Shown one piece after another: positions 1 to 13,639 of a stretch of DNA of 64,000 nt. The notes beneath the pieces are model-generated. The model did no database searches, had not been told where the DNA came from, and was given only the letters and a program-made list of their open reading frames with translations. Numbering within the stretch: position 1 is the first letter of the stretch; every line of letters starts with the position of its first letter. The position numbers and the translations under genes are program-made. The DNA is from Podarcis liolepis (taxonomy: Eukaryota). The stretch lies in the NCBI GenBank assembly GCA_965112155.1, contig OZ218101.1; one strand, given 5' to 3'.

Positions 1-852
1 ATACTCAGCAGATCTGCCTTCCTCTCCGGTGGTTTTCTTTTAGATCTGGTAGTTTTTTCAGGAAAACTACAGCAGCTGTTTGTTCTTTGGCTATTAAATG
101 AAATATCAATAAATCTTGGACAAAATAAAGAATCTGGAAGAGGAGCTTCACATTGGCATGTCAGATTATTTATGGGATGACATACTTTCTAATCCTGCCA
201 AAGCTATTGTGGATTTGTCCAATGGTTGAATGTTGCCCAGTTGCTCACAGCCAAGAACACAAAATTATAAGCCTAACACTTTTCGCGTCGTATGCAGAAG
301 GATTGCCTGTGTCAAGCAATAATAAGTAGGAAGGGTGTTGTTTTTGTCAGAAGGTAACACTTTCAACAGGTGCATCGCAATGTACATTCTGTGTCATGAT
401 TCACTCAGATAAAACTGAAGATCAATACAATTTAAATTACAAAATAGGCCTTGCACAGGCATTATTTAAGCGGCTACAGTTCTCTGCAGCTTAGATTCTT
501 TATACACACAGCATTTATTTCGGTAATAGGGCATTGGACTTGGAGGGATATTAAGGAGAAACCCTGTCACGTTTGTGAAACTTGTATGTCTGGATTTGGG
601 ATGGGACATTCAGTGCATACTTAGAACTAGTTTTGACTGTAGAGTTTCCTATTTTAAGTCTTACGAATGGTTTTATTTCACAACGAAACTTGATATACTC
701 ATTATGGCAAGGGTCGGAACACTTTTTCAACATGAGGGCCACATCGTTCTTCTTGGTCAACTCTCTGGGAGCCACATGATAACAGTGGGCGTAGCCAATA
801 CAAAAGTGGACAAAGACAAAGTGGGTGTGGCCATAATGATATAATTAATAAC

Positions 853-1090
853 CTGCTAGCTCAGGCCAATGGTCTATCTAGTCCAGCAACTCGTTCTCAC
901 AGTGGCCAAACAGATGCATGTGGGAAATCTACAAGCAGGACCAGAACATCAGATTACTTTCCTCCTATAGGTTCTAGGTATTCAGAAACATCATTGCCTC
1001 AGGCAATGGAGACAGAGCATGGCTATTAGGGGAAATAGTCATTGCTTGTCTTATGTGCATGAATTTGTCTAATCCTTATTTAAAGCCATT
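853..1090 (-). mobile_element. CR1 LINE 3' end remnant
   Basis: caggccaatggtctatctagtccagc...ttctcacagtggccaaacagatgc...gaatttgtctaatcc. Related pieces at ~18290-18560 (+), ~33510-33665 (-) and ~47350-47520 (+). Confidence 0.65.
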
Positions 1091-1248
1091 AATTTCAGTG
1101 GGTTTGATGGGGCTTTCTCCAATAAGTACGCAGATGATTATTAAATTTAGTTCAAAAAGACAGTTACTAATCTAGAAAGAAAATGGCAAATCTGCCTGTG
1201 TTACACCGAGTGTCAGCTTTTCTGCACCCAGATGTGTATTTCCTGAGA

Positions 1249-1430
1249 GCCAGTGTGGTGTAGTGGTTGAGAGCGATAGACTCGTAAACTGGGGAACCGG
1301 TTTGTTGTGGGGGAGGAAGGGAAAGGAGATTGCTGGCCGCTTTGAGACTCCTTAGGGTAGTGATAAAGCGGGATATCAAATCCAAAGTCGTCGTCGTCGT
1401 CGTTGTCGTCTTCTTCTTCTTCTTCTTCTT
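1249..1430 (+). mobile_element. Internally deleted SINE of the same family with (GTC)n(TTC)n tail
   Basis: Head and 3' part match 31557-31855; ~95 bp are missing at ~1300. Confidence 0.8.
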
Positions 1431-1659
1431 TTAATTAACCTTTTACATAGCATACATATGGAGCCAATTCAAGGCACATTTTGTTAGGCAATGTTGACCC
1501 TCAATCTCCTGAATTCCAAATAATATCCTTAAACCAGAACAGAATTTGATCTGTAACAACAACAACAACAACATTTCTCTTATCCTTTATGAATCACTGG
1601 GTTAAATCTGAATCTTTGTTTTTGATTTTCATGGATATCTTGAAAAACCTACATTGGCT

Positions 1660-2057
1660 CTCAGTATGTTTCTGAGCACAATTAAAAGTGTTGGTGCTGA
1701 CCTTTCAAGCCCTAAATGGCCTCGGTTCTGTATACCTGAAGGAGCATCTCCACTCCCATCATTCTGCCCAGACACTGAGGTCCAGCTCTGAGGGCCTTCT
1801 GGTAGTTCCCTCACTGCAAGAAGTGAGGTTACAGGAAACCAGGCAGAGGGCCTTCTCAGTAGTGGCGCCTGCCCTGTGGAACGCCCTCCCATCAGATGTC
1901 AATGAAATAAACAACTATATGACATTTAGAAGACATCTGAAGGCAGCCCTGTTTAGGGAAGTTTTAAATTACTGATGTTTTAATGTATTTTTAACCTTCT
2001 CTTGGAAGCCCCCTAGAGTGGCTGGGGAAACCTAGCCAGATGGGCGGGGTAGAAACA

Positions 2058-2103
<46 letters not shown>
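1660..2103 (+). mobile_element. L2-clade LINE 3' end with (ATT)n tail
   Basis: ORF 1688-1975 (ALNGLGSVYLKEHL...RAFSVVAPALWNALP...FRRHLK) resembles the L2 ORF2 C-terminus. (ATT)n tail at 2060-2103. Confidence 0.85.
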
Positions 2104-2106
<3 letters not shown>

Positions 2107-2388
2107 CTTTTGAATGAGCTCTTTTTAATTAAAGTCTTAAATCTAAATTAAGTAGCTTGCAACCATTTTGCTATTATCCATCTTTTCACATTTCCCGCTT
2201 TTTCTCCCCCCTCCTTTTTTCTCATTAAGAAATAGGATAATGTTAGATAAGTAAAGGTGAATAATTTTACAAACATTAGATTCCTCCCCTCTGCAATTAA
2301 ACATGCCAATGCCATAAAGAGAGCAGTGAATAGGTGCTAGTGTTCTAATAAGGTAGCTTATTCATTTTCTAATAAGGTATACAGCTCT

Positions 2389-2473
2389 GGCTGCAATCCT
2401 ATATCCATTTACCCAGGAATAAGCCCTGCTGGGCTTAATGGGGCTTACTTCAGACGTTTATAGGATTGCACTG
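2389..2473. repeat. Short palindromic ~85-bp MITE family (gcaatcctat...ataggattgc)
   Basis: Inverted termini and a central aagccc/gggctt hairpin. Decayed copies near 29925, 30557, 31880, 46035, 47610 and 61375. Confidence 0.65.
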
Positions 2474-4397
2474 CTCTAGTAACAATGGCCTGTGCCAAAA
2501 ATATTCAGCTTTTGATATTTGCTTAAAAGCAGCACACTCAATGCAACCAAACAAATTTCTGAGAAAATAAATACTTACCAGCATGAGTACCTGTTGTTTT
2601 GATGTCAGTAGCAGCTGCTGAGGTAGCAAAGATCTGACATAGGCATCGCTGCAGCTTACATGGATGGGCCTGGGTAGCAGGAAGTTTGGGGTGCGTGGTA
2701 TCTCCACTCAGTCTCAATCTGGCTCCTTCCATATTCTGTCTTAGCCCTTTGCAGGTAAGCTGCAGTGAGACCAGAGTCAGAAAGCAGCTCCAAGGCTCTG
2801 CCCCACAACACTAGACAATACTACTGGATGATGTTCAATATCCTTTTGCCACCTTGCTTTTCCCAGTCATAAGAATTCTCAGGCTCATTGTCCTATATCA
2901 AATTGGCTTTGGCAACCTTTGTTGTTTTCATTAATGAATGTGCCTAAATGTTGATGATACCATCAGCAAAACCGTGTGGGTTGCCATCGATGAGATGATT
3001 AAAATGACAGCATGGATGGAGAAGGCTAGAGATCAGAAGGCTGAAGAAGTAAAACAGTTCTGAGAAGTATAGCACCAAAGGAAGTTCAGCAATCCTTTCC
3101 AGTTGCTGCACAGTAACTGCATGGAGTGGGCAGTGGGACCATCGCCATTGGCTTCACCCCAACACTGCATTAGCCTGGAGGTCTGAAAGGAGAACATTTT
3201 CATCTGCATCTATATATGCGCAGGCATTCCTTTCAGACCTTCCAATTAATGTGGGAGACAGCAATGTCAGAGGCCAATGGATACTGTCTCATCCCCCCTC
3301 TATGCTTTTGCCACAGTGACTGAAATGGGCTACAGATTGAACAAGTGCCAACAATTTGTATACAAAAACAAGCCTCAAACAAGTTTTACCTGAATCCTAA
3401 ATGGAAGCCTGATTAAATGAAATTTGCCCATGATCTTGTTATGTTTTATACTGTGTCTTGTTTGTTTGTTAGCTGCTAAATCTACCAAGTCATAAATCTA
3501 TTGTTTATGGTACTATCCTTTTTATAAATATCAGTGATATCGAGATTTCAATTTGGAACTTATTTTCTGCTCCTTGCACTCCTGTGGTGTGAAGTTTGGA
3601 CAAAAGACACTTTCTTCCCTTCAAAAAACATTGAAATTCAGACTTTGCTGACTCTAGGAAGTCTTTTTCTAGACAAGCAGTTTGGGATTCTTGTATCTCC
3701 TTCCTCCCCCATTTACTCTCCCTTGCTGTGCAAACAAATGGAAAGCATTCTTTACATTGCATTTGCTGGAACAAACCATGTACAAGCCCCTTTAGAATAG
3801 ATTCTTCTTTTTTTGTTCTGAACAATGTGTTTGATGAAAGACTGAAGCTCTCTCTCTCTCCTCACACACAAATAGTTGGGCTTCTTTTGAAATCTGACCA
3901 TGTTTATGTTCTCGTTCCCAAATGAAGTGTATTTGTTTGGCAGGAAGAATGTTCCAAGATTTACATGTAAAAAAGTATTCTCCTGTGATACAGTGGCCAC
4001 TATTGGAGAGAACAAAGGAAGGAAATGAATTGAGATTCCTTTTCCAGTACTCAGTTAGTTATCATCTTATGTGTAGAAATTCTCCTTCTGATCTTTTTAA
4101 AACAATAGTTGAAGGCAACATCCTGGATGTATTTGAAAAGTCGATTCCATAACCTACAAGTACGATGCACAAGATTTAAGACAATATTATGTGTTGAATG
4201 CACATATATGCAACAATCCCAACCATGACTTCTTTCTTTCCCTTGTAAGGTTCTGGATACATATTGAGAGAATACCTACCTGCTTCTGAAACCCTGAGTA
4301 GCTGGTGAAGTGATTAGCAGAGAAGACATACAACTGCGAAACAATGGGCAGTTAAAGGTTAGGCATGCCTTCTCCATACTAAATGTTGGCCTCTTGG

Positions 4398-4827
4398 TGT
4401 GGCTTGTTGGGAAACTGTGTACGTGCAGCTATTCACACAGAGTCAATTAAGGTCTGGCAGACAGTCAGAAGGCAATCTGAAGGAGTAAGTCTGCCTGGTG
4501 ATAACAGAGGCATGGAGACAGCTCCCTGACTGGTCAAGCTCTCCCAAGGGAGTGATAATTAATGGCCTACTAACTGGTAGTTCAGAGGTTCAGTGGTTCA
4601 GTGTGTCAGTGTAGGAGTTGTGAGTCGTGTCAGAGAGAGCTAGCAAAAGATCCGTGTTCTGTTCCTGTAAATAGTCCACTGTATATAATAAACACCTAAC
4701 TATAAGTTCCTGGTTCCTGCTTTGTCTATCCTGTCTGCAGCCAAGTTGCCAATTGCTTCCGTGGATTCTGCGTGTACTCTGCTAGGTCTGGCTAAGGCCT
4801 TGCAACTAGTCAGAAAGTTGTGAAACA
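4398..4827 (+). mobile_element. Possible solo LTR
   Basis: ~430 bp block bounded by tg...ca, with AATAAA at 4687-4692 followed by a pyrimidine/GT-rich U5-like stretch. No convincing TSD. Confidence 0.35.
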
Positions 4828-6772
4828 CCAAATAGGTTTTGCCAATTCTTAAATTATTTATTAATTATTAAAATACATGAAATACTAAAACAACAGCCAT
4901 TCATCCATGATCCCAGGTAGCTGGTTTTTTGCTTGCTTGCTTTTTTTTTTACAATTTAGTCACAATGGCTTCAAAAACTCTAATTCAAATCCAAGCATAG
5001 GTGTCCACCCAAGGGCAGCTTTTAAGGATCTGTTTCAAGAGACTACACAACAGAAAGTTTCTCTTTTCTTAAATTGCATTTTTCACAGTCTTCGCTATAC
5101 AATTCACCCAACATCCTTGGACTTTCTCTCTCTTTTATTTAGGGATGGCAATGGGAGCTATGGCTATTCCTCCAGGTCTTCTCTCCCATTAGCTGTCAAG
5201 TCAGCTAAAAATTACCCCATTGTGGGATACACAAATGGATGGAATTCTTTGTCACATCAGTTTAGCCAGTACAATACAAACCTTTCATTAAAAATGCTGA
5301 CCTTTTCTTTAGCTTCCTCTGACCTTGCAGAAGGAAAGCTAATGCAAAGTCACATTCAATTTTTTCCCTACACAACTGATCTTTATTTGTTAATAGAGGC
5401 TTTCAAACTTCTATTGTGCAGTGTTACAGGACCAACCCCTTTTCTGGCCTAGGACTGCTACATCTCCCCCAAAAGAAAGAATCCATCTATTGATCATTTC
5501 CGTATCAATTTAAAATGTGCCCTTTTTCGACAAGTTGGCCAGGCTTCATTCAAAGGCAGCAGAAATTTAGTTTTTTGAATACCAACCAGCTGCACAGTAC
5601 TAATAGCACCTTTCAAGAAATGTTGATCTTTTGTAATGTGGGTATCCTAGTGAGCTCTTGGACAAATTCGTGATCAGAGACCTGATTGTCCAGATAGGTC
5701 AGGGGATGCCAACCTTTTTGGACCTGTGGGTCCAGTTTTGAAGAGAGTATTGTGGGCATCAGTCACAACATAAGTGATAATCTCTCCTTGCCCCATACTG
5801 GTCCTATGGCACACCTGAACTACTCCTTTTGGGGGAGTTAGGCTGCCATAAGTCCCACCAGCTTAAGTTCTGTCCTAGCTAGGATGAGGGATTTATGCCA
5901 AATACAAATCCACCAATCCCAACACTCTCACACAATGGATTTTGGTTTTGGGTTGTGCTGTAAGTCTCTGCCATTCATATATAGGAAAATAACAGAAGCA
6001 GCAATGTAGGTTGTGGCTGTCAACCTTAGCAGGTTTCATATTTGACGTACAAAATATTTATTGATTTAAAATTGTTTATATGCCTGGGCAGGTGTGTATT
6101 CATTACCAATCCCCTAAAAACAACAAATGCCAGCTGTGCATTTAAAATTCTGAAAAACGTCTACCGGAACACACCTGAAGTGGCAACAATATTTTCCCCC
6201 CATGAATGAAAAAGTGTGTTTCCCATCAATCAGCCAATTCACGCTTTACCATGGCAAAGTGTGTTTATCATGTATAAAATGTCTCCCCCCCCCCCCCGCA
6301 GGAAGCAATAAAGTGCCTTGGTTCCTAACATGGGATCTCTCCCTCCTCACCTCAATAATATGGCTGGTGCAAAGTCTGTTATGTTTTCGACAACTTCTGA
6401 AAACTGATCTGTTTATTCCAGCTTTTGTTGATCACTGTCTAATTTACTATGGTTCTGCTATATTCATTTTCTTCTAATATATTGCTTGATGTATTTTATT
6501 GGAGTTGTATTGGTTTTATTGATTTTCATTCTTACTGCTGTAAACTCCCCTGGAATTCTTATAACAGGTGGCATAAATATATTGCAAATATATTTTTTTT
6601 AAAAAGAATAATTGCAAATAAATATTGCAAATATGTTGTTGGAGGGATGAGATGCAACATAAGGGGTGGAACTAAAAGTGCATTCAATAGTGGCAAGTGC
6701 TGCAACAGTATATGTGTCTCTGTGTGTGCTTGGAGAACAGTTCTTTCAACTGCAGTCCAAGAGGCCATATTC

Positions 6773-6908
6773 CAGTGGTGGCCAAACTCAGCTCTTCAGC
6801 TATTTTGGGACTACATTTCCCATCATCCCTGGCCACTGGTCTTGTTAGCTAGGGAGGATGGGAGTTGTAGTCCCAAAACAGCTGGAGGGCTGAGTTTGGC
6901 CACCACTG
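6773..6908. mobile_element. hAT-type MITE, same body as 14768-14902
   Basis: TIRs cagtggtggccaaact / agtttggccaccactg, flanked by catattc on both sides. Further decayed copies at ~16100-16225, ~27150-27250, ~44700-44800 and ~63645-63752. Confidence 0.85.
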
Positions 6909-7590
6909 CATATTCTAACTCAAGTTTGGCCTACTTTCCATCAAAACCACATTCTCATTGCCCAGTAATACAGGGAATATAGGATGATTATTGTGTATTG
7001 AAGCTCTGGAGCCAAGTGAGGATTCCTAGGTAAGATCCTCCCTCTATTGTGTGGGCAGGTAATCCCTCCCCTACCTGGCCTGGTCTCCTTGGCAACGCTT
7101 CCCCAGGTGGGATTGGACAACTGACTGAGGTAGGCGGAGACCTCCAGGTATCCCACCTGAGGGAAGGCAAAGCCAAGCCTATGCTGTTGGGGCCGCTCCA
7201 GATCTAGGGGCTGCACGCGTCCACGCAAAGGCCGCCCCCCATTTTAAGCGGGGAGCGGTCATTGTTTTGGTCCATTTCAGCACCACTTTGAGAGCAATTT
7301 TGGCCAGGAATTGATACTGAAAAAGCCAAAAGGTACACAATAGACTGGCATTTCCATGCCCCCCCAGTGCCCATTCATATGGAAAAAAGGGGGTACACCT
7401 CCAAAGCTCCTGCCTCATATAGGCTCTATGGGATAATTCTCTTTCTTGCAGAAGGGATGCCCTGTAGCTGAGTGAAAGGGGACTTCCTCTATGATGTGCC
7501 TCTGTCCTGGGCATGGAGAGTAGACCAGCTAGTGAGAAACAATGTGTACTACATAACTCAACACCCAGCTGCTCCCTTCCATTCAAAATA

Positions 7591-7756
7591 CCGTATTTTT
7601 TCATGGATAAGACTAGGGTTTTTCCCTAAAAAATAATGTCAAAAATCCGTCTTATACACGGATAGTGCCAAAGGTGGACTGGTGATAGGTTGTTGTCCCC
7701 AAAATAGGGGAGGGGGGTCTTATACATTGGGGCATCTTATAGACAGAAAAATGCGG
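7591..7756. mobile_element. Tc1/mariner (pogo/Tigger-like) MITE
   Basis: ta|ccgtatttt...taagac ... gtcttata...aaaaatgcgg|ta, with TA flanks. Confidence 0.75.
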
Positions 7757-10192
7757 TAAATTGCAGGATGGGGTGTAGTTTGAGGGACAAATATTTGGGA
7801 GAGAAATAGTTTCCTAATAAACCACAGTGTAACAATCAATCATTTTGTCTTCATTAGCATGCATTTCTTCAGCCTGGAGAGAAGAAACAATCTCTCAGCC
7901 CCCTTGCCAAACTATTGAAAGGTCCTAGAAGCTTGACTGTGCTCACAGTGAAAGATTTTGTCCTCCTAATCCTAATAATATAAATTCAAAGAAAAAAGCT
8001 TCCTGTATGGGGAAAAACAACAACAATAATCATTTAGTTGTAAAGTATCCAGAATCTGAGTAGTTATGGCAATGCTCACTGACACTATTATGGTTTGAAT
8101 ACTGCATCAGATTTAAATACATACTGTGTGTCTGATTGTAAGACTAGTATGATGAATTCAGTGCACGTATCAGTTTCATGATAGGTGTAGTGAGAAGAAA
8201 CGATTCCTTTGGTATCCAGATAAAACTTCCTAAGAGTCTGTGTGTAGCAATGCAAGGAGCTCAAAGTGGAGATGAGAGAGAAATTTGGTTCAGTGAAATG
8301 GACAGATTCATCCATTCCTAGCTCAAACTATATATAGCTGGTTGGAATGTAAAGATTTACAGCTCTCCCTTTGATTGTAAATTGCCCACGTAGCATGGAT
8401 GAGTACTTAGAATGTAAAATAATCAATGTTTGACAAGTTAAGTCAAAAGAATGTGAATCTTTATGAAAAATAGAGGGGGTGGCAAACAAATACACCTCAG
8501 GGTCTAAATTATAACTGTGAAATATAGGAGTCTGCATGGAGACTCTTAAAATATGGAACATCAATGTTGAAGCCATGCTTGGGGAAATATATTGCTTCCT
8601 GGTTTCCTTACAGGATTTTAAGCAGTTCCCCTTATAAAACAACACAAATAATAAGTGGTGTAGCAATATATTCTGAAGTGTCAGCACCGAGCCTGGGAGA
8701 GAAGGTTGAGTAACAGACTTGGCTCCTCTAGGAAGTGATGTAAGAGCCCAAACCAGTTTGCTTCCATCTTCCTTCATCTTGCACAATATATTTGAAAGTT
8801 ACCTTTTTTGTTATGCACAGTTCATAAAAGAAAGAAACACAGGTACCCTAAGTTAGCATCTTAACTTTCCTTGCATTTGTCTACTGTAATGGAAATGACC
8901 ATTGTTTTACTTAATTATTCATGTAAAGCCATTTCCACCAGACATATGTACAGCAAATCAAGTATAAAAAACACCAATATTCAGAATTTATGTTTAATTA
9001 GAGTTCAAAACTTTACGATCAATAAAATATTATTTTCCCCTTCAGGCAGAGTTGTTAAGTGTGAACCATGCTGTGATCCTTGGATGAAGGGTGATATATC
9101 AGTTTAGTAAAAATAAATAAATAAATGGGGAATTCTGATTAGGCCAAAATCAGGCAAGACATAAAAGAGTAGGCAGTCTGAGGAATGATATCTACAGACC
9201 TGAAATACCTTGTGTGATCGTACGGGGGGGGGGGGGGAGAGAAACAGCCTGACATTTTATATACTGTATATTTTTACCATTCACTGCTATTGCCATAGAC
9301 ACTTTCCCTTTAATCTTGCTTCAATAAATAAAATGTGTTGTAGATGAAAGACTTGCATTGAATTCCTTTCACCATTTTTATCTTGACTCGTAATGCCATT
9401 TTAATGGGAACTCTGTACTTTGGAATAAATTGTCCTCCTATCTCATGCTGCAGTGTGTTCTCTATAGACTTGGGCTGAAAATCTTTCACCATTTTGATAG
9501 CACTTTAGCTTTTTCAGTATCATTTCAAGATAATGGAGAATAACTCTTAAAAAGCTCAAGAGAAATTTACATTGTAGTTCAAAGGTTAATGAATAAAAGT
9601 CATTTGTTTTGTCAGTGTATCAACTGAATATATCTTTAATGATAACATTCATTTTACTAAATTTTTGTAGGGCAGTTCTTAGTATCCCCCATGCTATTTT
9701 TCTTGCTATATATTGAGAAAACAGTTTAAACAATTTCACAGACTGCTTAAAAAGTGGTTGCAGGATGTCTCAATAAGAATTTGTGAAACATCAAAACCGC
9801 ATGATGTAGGACTTATAATGCTTGATTTAACATTTCCTCTGGAACACCATAATTTAAGTTATCTTTTATAGGAAGAGAAGGGCAATCTGGAAAATCATGG
9901 AAAATTGGACAACAATGCCTGTTGATCATAAGGATAGCTTGTATTCATCTTAAGGCAGCACGGAGGCTTTCCCATTCTTTTGTCAGAAGTTGGACCTCTT
10001 ATGTGGATGAAAAGCCTTTATTCTGGAACTTTAGAGGCCATCAATTAAGCAAGTGTACTACCTGATCTCAGTCGAACCCATCATAGAATAGATGCATCCT
10101 AGTTATTAGGGGAGAAGAAGGGTAAGGCACATAGATTCCAAGGACTGGAGAATAGGACACAAGTGTTATAGAAAAACAACTATGTTTTGGAT

Positions 10193-10226
<34 letters not shown>

Positions 10227-11384
10227 ACACACACACACATATATGAGAATAGGACTCAAGCAGGAACAAAGCACTAAAGCATGAGGGGAAACAGCATCTA
10301 TTTAGGACTCCAGAGTTTTACATTGCCAAACAACTCACTTAGCAATCACAACTCTGACTTTGGCTAAAAAACACTTGACAGGTGGCAGCAGCGAGGCTGT
10401 TTCATTTTACAGAATTTGCTTAGAAGGGAACCTGAACATTTTGCTGCCTAACTTTCTAGGAGGACTAGAGACTTCTTTTTTTTTAAGGAAAGCTGCGGGA
10501 TTTGGGACCCTGCTGCAGGTGCCAATGAAGGCCTTTGTGGGCACCCTGGTGACTGCTAGTCTACTTTGCCACTGCACCTTTCCCACCTTGCTGGATATGG
10601 GAATCTTCTCCCATTCACCTCTTCCCCTTTGGCAGCTATTTAGCTTATGAAAAGCTGCGCTTACAGAAGGCCAGTGTGAACTTAACCTTTTGGAGAAGGG
10701 GCCAACAGCATTAGCTATGTAGATTATTTCTGGGTTAAAAAAATAAAAATAAATAAATCCATGTAATTCTGAAGACATCACAGAGTGTTCTGTGTTTTTT
10801 AAATAGTGGAGAATAATTGCTGTCAACTAATATAAAGTGCTTTTATTTGGAAACAAGCATTACAAAGAGTGTCCCTCAAAAGACAAGTCCATAAATATTA
10901 TCAACTGCTTAAATTGTCAACACAACGTCACTTGCTTACTGATGTAGAAAAACTGTAAACATGTTTTGATGGATTACGGATTAACTGGCACTGCTAACTC
11001 GAAACTACCAGGAACTGGCAATTAGCTATTACTTTACAGCAGCCATTTAATTAATTAGTGTGTTTGTGTTTCAAAGATTTACCAAGTTTATTGTTCATTT
11101 ACTTTACACTTTCTGCTTAGATAACCTACATTTATACAACTCTCTCTAAAATGTTTTAAATGGTACGGAACCCATCAAGGTTTTCATAAATTCCTTAGGG
11201 GGCTTTAGCATCTTAGTTTTTACCACAGTGCTTAGCTCAGTTCAAAATTGGGGAATTAGCTCAGTTCAAAATTGGGAAAATAGTTAATTTTTCTCCCAAG
11301 CTGAACCATGCTCTCAATGACTTCATCAGAAGCAGCATGGGATTAAATTGACTCTCCCCACCAAACTCATGATCTCCCTATCCT

Positions 11385-11813
11385 CAGGGGATAAATTTGT
11401 TTCACTTCACATTGAAAGGCAAATCTGTTTAATTCACACTTCCTGAAACAACAGATGAAGTGAAATGCTGTTATACTTCAAAATTCACACTTCTCTGAAT
11501 TTTACAATGCAATGCTCCAACTATGCAGCGTGTACAAAAATGCATATACTAGGTAAAGTGCATGTAAAACTAATATATTAGTGAAAACAACATGCAGAAA
11601 TGTGTTATGTTAGGGAAATTTGCTTGCAAAAGTGTGTATATTAGGCAAAGTTGCATAAAAAGAAGTGCATATAAGGAAAATTTCACACTAGCATGCTGGT
11701 GAAGTTTCGTGATTTTCTTGAAAAAAAGAATTTATAAACTGATTTGGAAATGCGGAAAACTGAATTTAAGACCAGAAAAATGAGAAAGCGATAATGCCAA
11801 TAATCTATCCCTA
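11385..11813 (+). mobile_element. Old AT-rich ~430-bp dispersed repeat, probably a non-autonomous DNA transposon (Harbinger-like ends)
   Basis: Ends agggga.../...atcccta. Homologous blocks (aaattcacacttctctgaatttt, ggtgaa.ttt..tga) at ~15637-15805 (+), ~23965-24390 (-) and 50424-50751 (+). Confidence 0.6.
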
Positions 11814-13639
11814 CCCTGATCTTCTGCAAGCAGAATCCTTTCTTGCTATCCCAGCATTGCTAAATAAATGCAGAACAGGCACTTCCTTGCTCTACCTCAC
11901 CATTGCTAGTCAGCATCGAGTGGAATAAAGCCTCAAGTGCCCTTTCCAAAATGCCCTTAGGCTGGTTGGCCATAAGGGGTGATCAATAAAGTGTCACTTC
12001 ACCAAGGAGGTGCCCTCCGAGTCTTCTCCAGGATATTCTGAAATCCACCTTCCTTACCTAACAAGACAATTGGCCAAACCAAAGTAAGCATGACCTTCCT
12101 GAATCTACAGTATAAAGGAGGTGAAAAATTAATTAGTCCAAAGGCAATTAGAAGCACAACCCCAAAATTCCTAGTTGCCCCCATAAGGGTGATCCAGCGA
12201 ATTACACACTGTACTTGAGGGGTGGGTCAATATGTAGCAAACAAAACAGGTGGATGGGAACATCTCAGATAGGACACTTCCCCTCTCAAGTGGCCCAAAA
12301 GGCCACATGCAACTTAGAAGTTGATGTGGCCTATAAGACACATCCCCATTATGACCTCAAGGGGACAAGGGAAATCTGCCCACTCTCTAATGTGGAGGAA
12401 CAGCATTTCATTGCTATTCTTTAATAAAATGAATACTGTGATTCAAATTTATATCAGATAGATCAGCACAATTAGCTTAATTCAAATGATAATGAATAAT
12501 TATTTCCACTTTACCTGACCTACATAAGTAATGAAGTTTACTGCTTTCGAACTTGCAGACAAAATCTGGAGTCTTCCTACCTACCTACCTGCTTGTTTGC
12601 TTGCTTACTTACTTACTTACTTATTTATTTAATCCATGCACTGCTGTGACTGATATAAAAGGAATTAAAGAGCAAATGAAACATAGCCAGAGGTCTTCAA
12701 GGTCAGGTACTGAATTTATGTATTTTTGTGGGTCAATTGCTGCAAATGTTACAATTTGGGGGATTGAGGGAATACATGCCAGGTCTGTGGGTTTGTCAAA
12801 TTGGAAAATAGGGTGCCATTTTTCCATTTTAAGGGGATTATTTTCTCCTCTTTCTGCTGTCAAACAATCCCATGCTGTGATCTATAGACCTCTGAAGGTC
12901 TGCAAGGTACATGGTGGCGCTTAATAAAGTCATCTTCCTTTCCAAAATTCTTTTCAGCACCAGGCTCTTAAATACAAAGGAACATAAGCAATTCTAAAGG
13001 TAATATCCCGTTCTCAGCAGATGGTTATTTATTCAACCAGCTGTCAGGAAACAATATGAACCAGCATAGTAATCTGGAAGGTTATAGTCAACACTGCCAT
13101 TTTCCTGAGTCAAGAGGCAAGATTTAAGAATTCCATTGATGGATTCATATTATTGGCTTTCAGTTCATGTTCCACTGAAATACCATGATCTACTGCTACA
13201 GAATTTGAGTATGTCAATAGACTGTTACAGCTGTATGTAACAGCTGTAATTGTCACACTAGACAATCTCCATGAAACAGTTTCTTGAGCAAAACCTCTTA
13301 GAAGGCTTCATAATTTACCATCTGACTCCAAGGCAAGAAATCCTTTTTAAAGGTAATTCTACAGAAATAGAGTTGAAAGAGTATTGTCTGAAGGTATTAC
13401 ATTAAACTTCTTTATCATCTTGAGTGAATCATCCCTTTTGTTTAGCCAAAAGCTGTATTTCTGTGCATTCGATTCAATCAAGTCTTGGCCCTTCTTTGCT
13501 GCTTACTGAAATGTGTCAAGGATGGTGCTAAGATGATGTAGAAATTTACCTTTATATGTTTGTAAAGTAGGGATGGCACTGAATTTTGGAATGGAGAAAT
13601 TTGGAAATAAACTCCCTCAGATTGGAAAAGCTGTACCAG

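Noticed and set aside
4250-4357. Plus-strand exon-like segment (pyrimidine tract + AG ... AG|gttagg)
   Set aside because: Stops in all three frames and no partner exons; it cannot be distinguished from a chance splice-like signal.
4907-5452. 181-aa ORF (also 6449-6982, 8328-8786, 7179-7604)
   Set aside because: No recognisable domains, several run through MITE or LINE remnants, and composition is typical of chance ORFs.
6994-7260. Possible LTR fragment starting tgtattgaag with a GC-rich end
   Set aside because: No defined 3' terminus, poly(A) signal, TSD or second copy.
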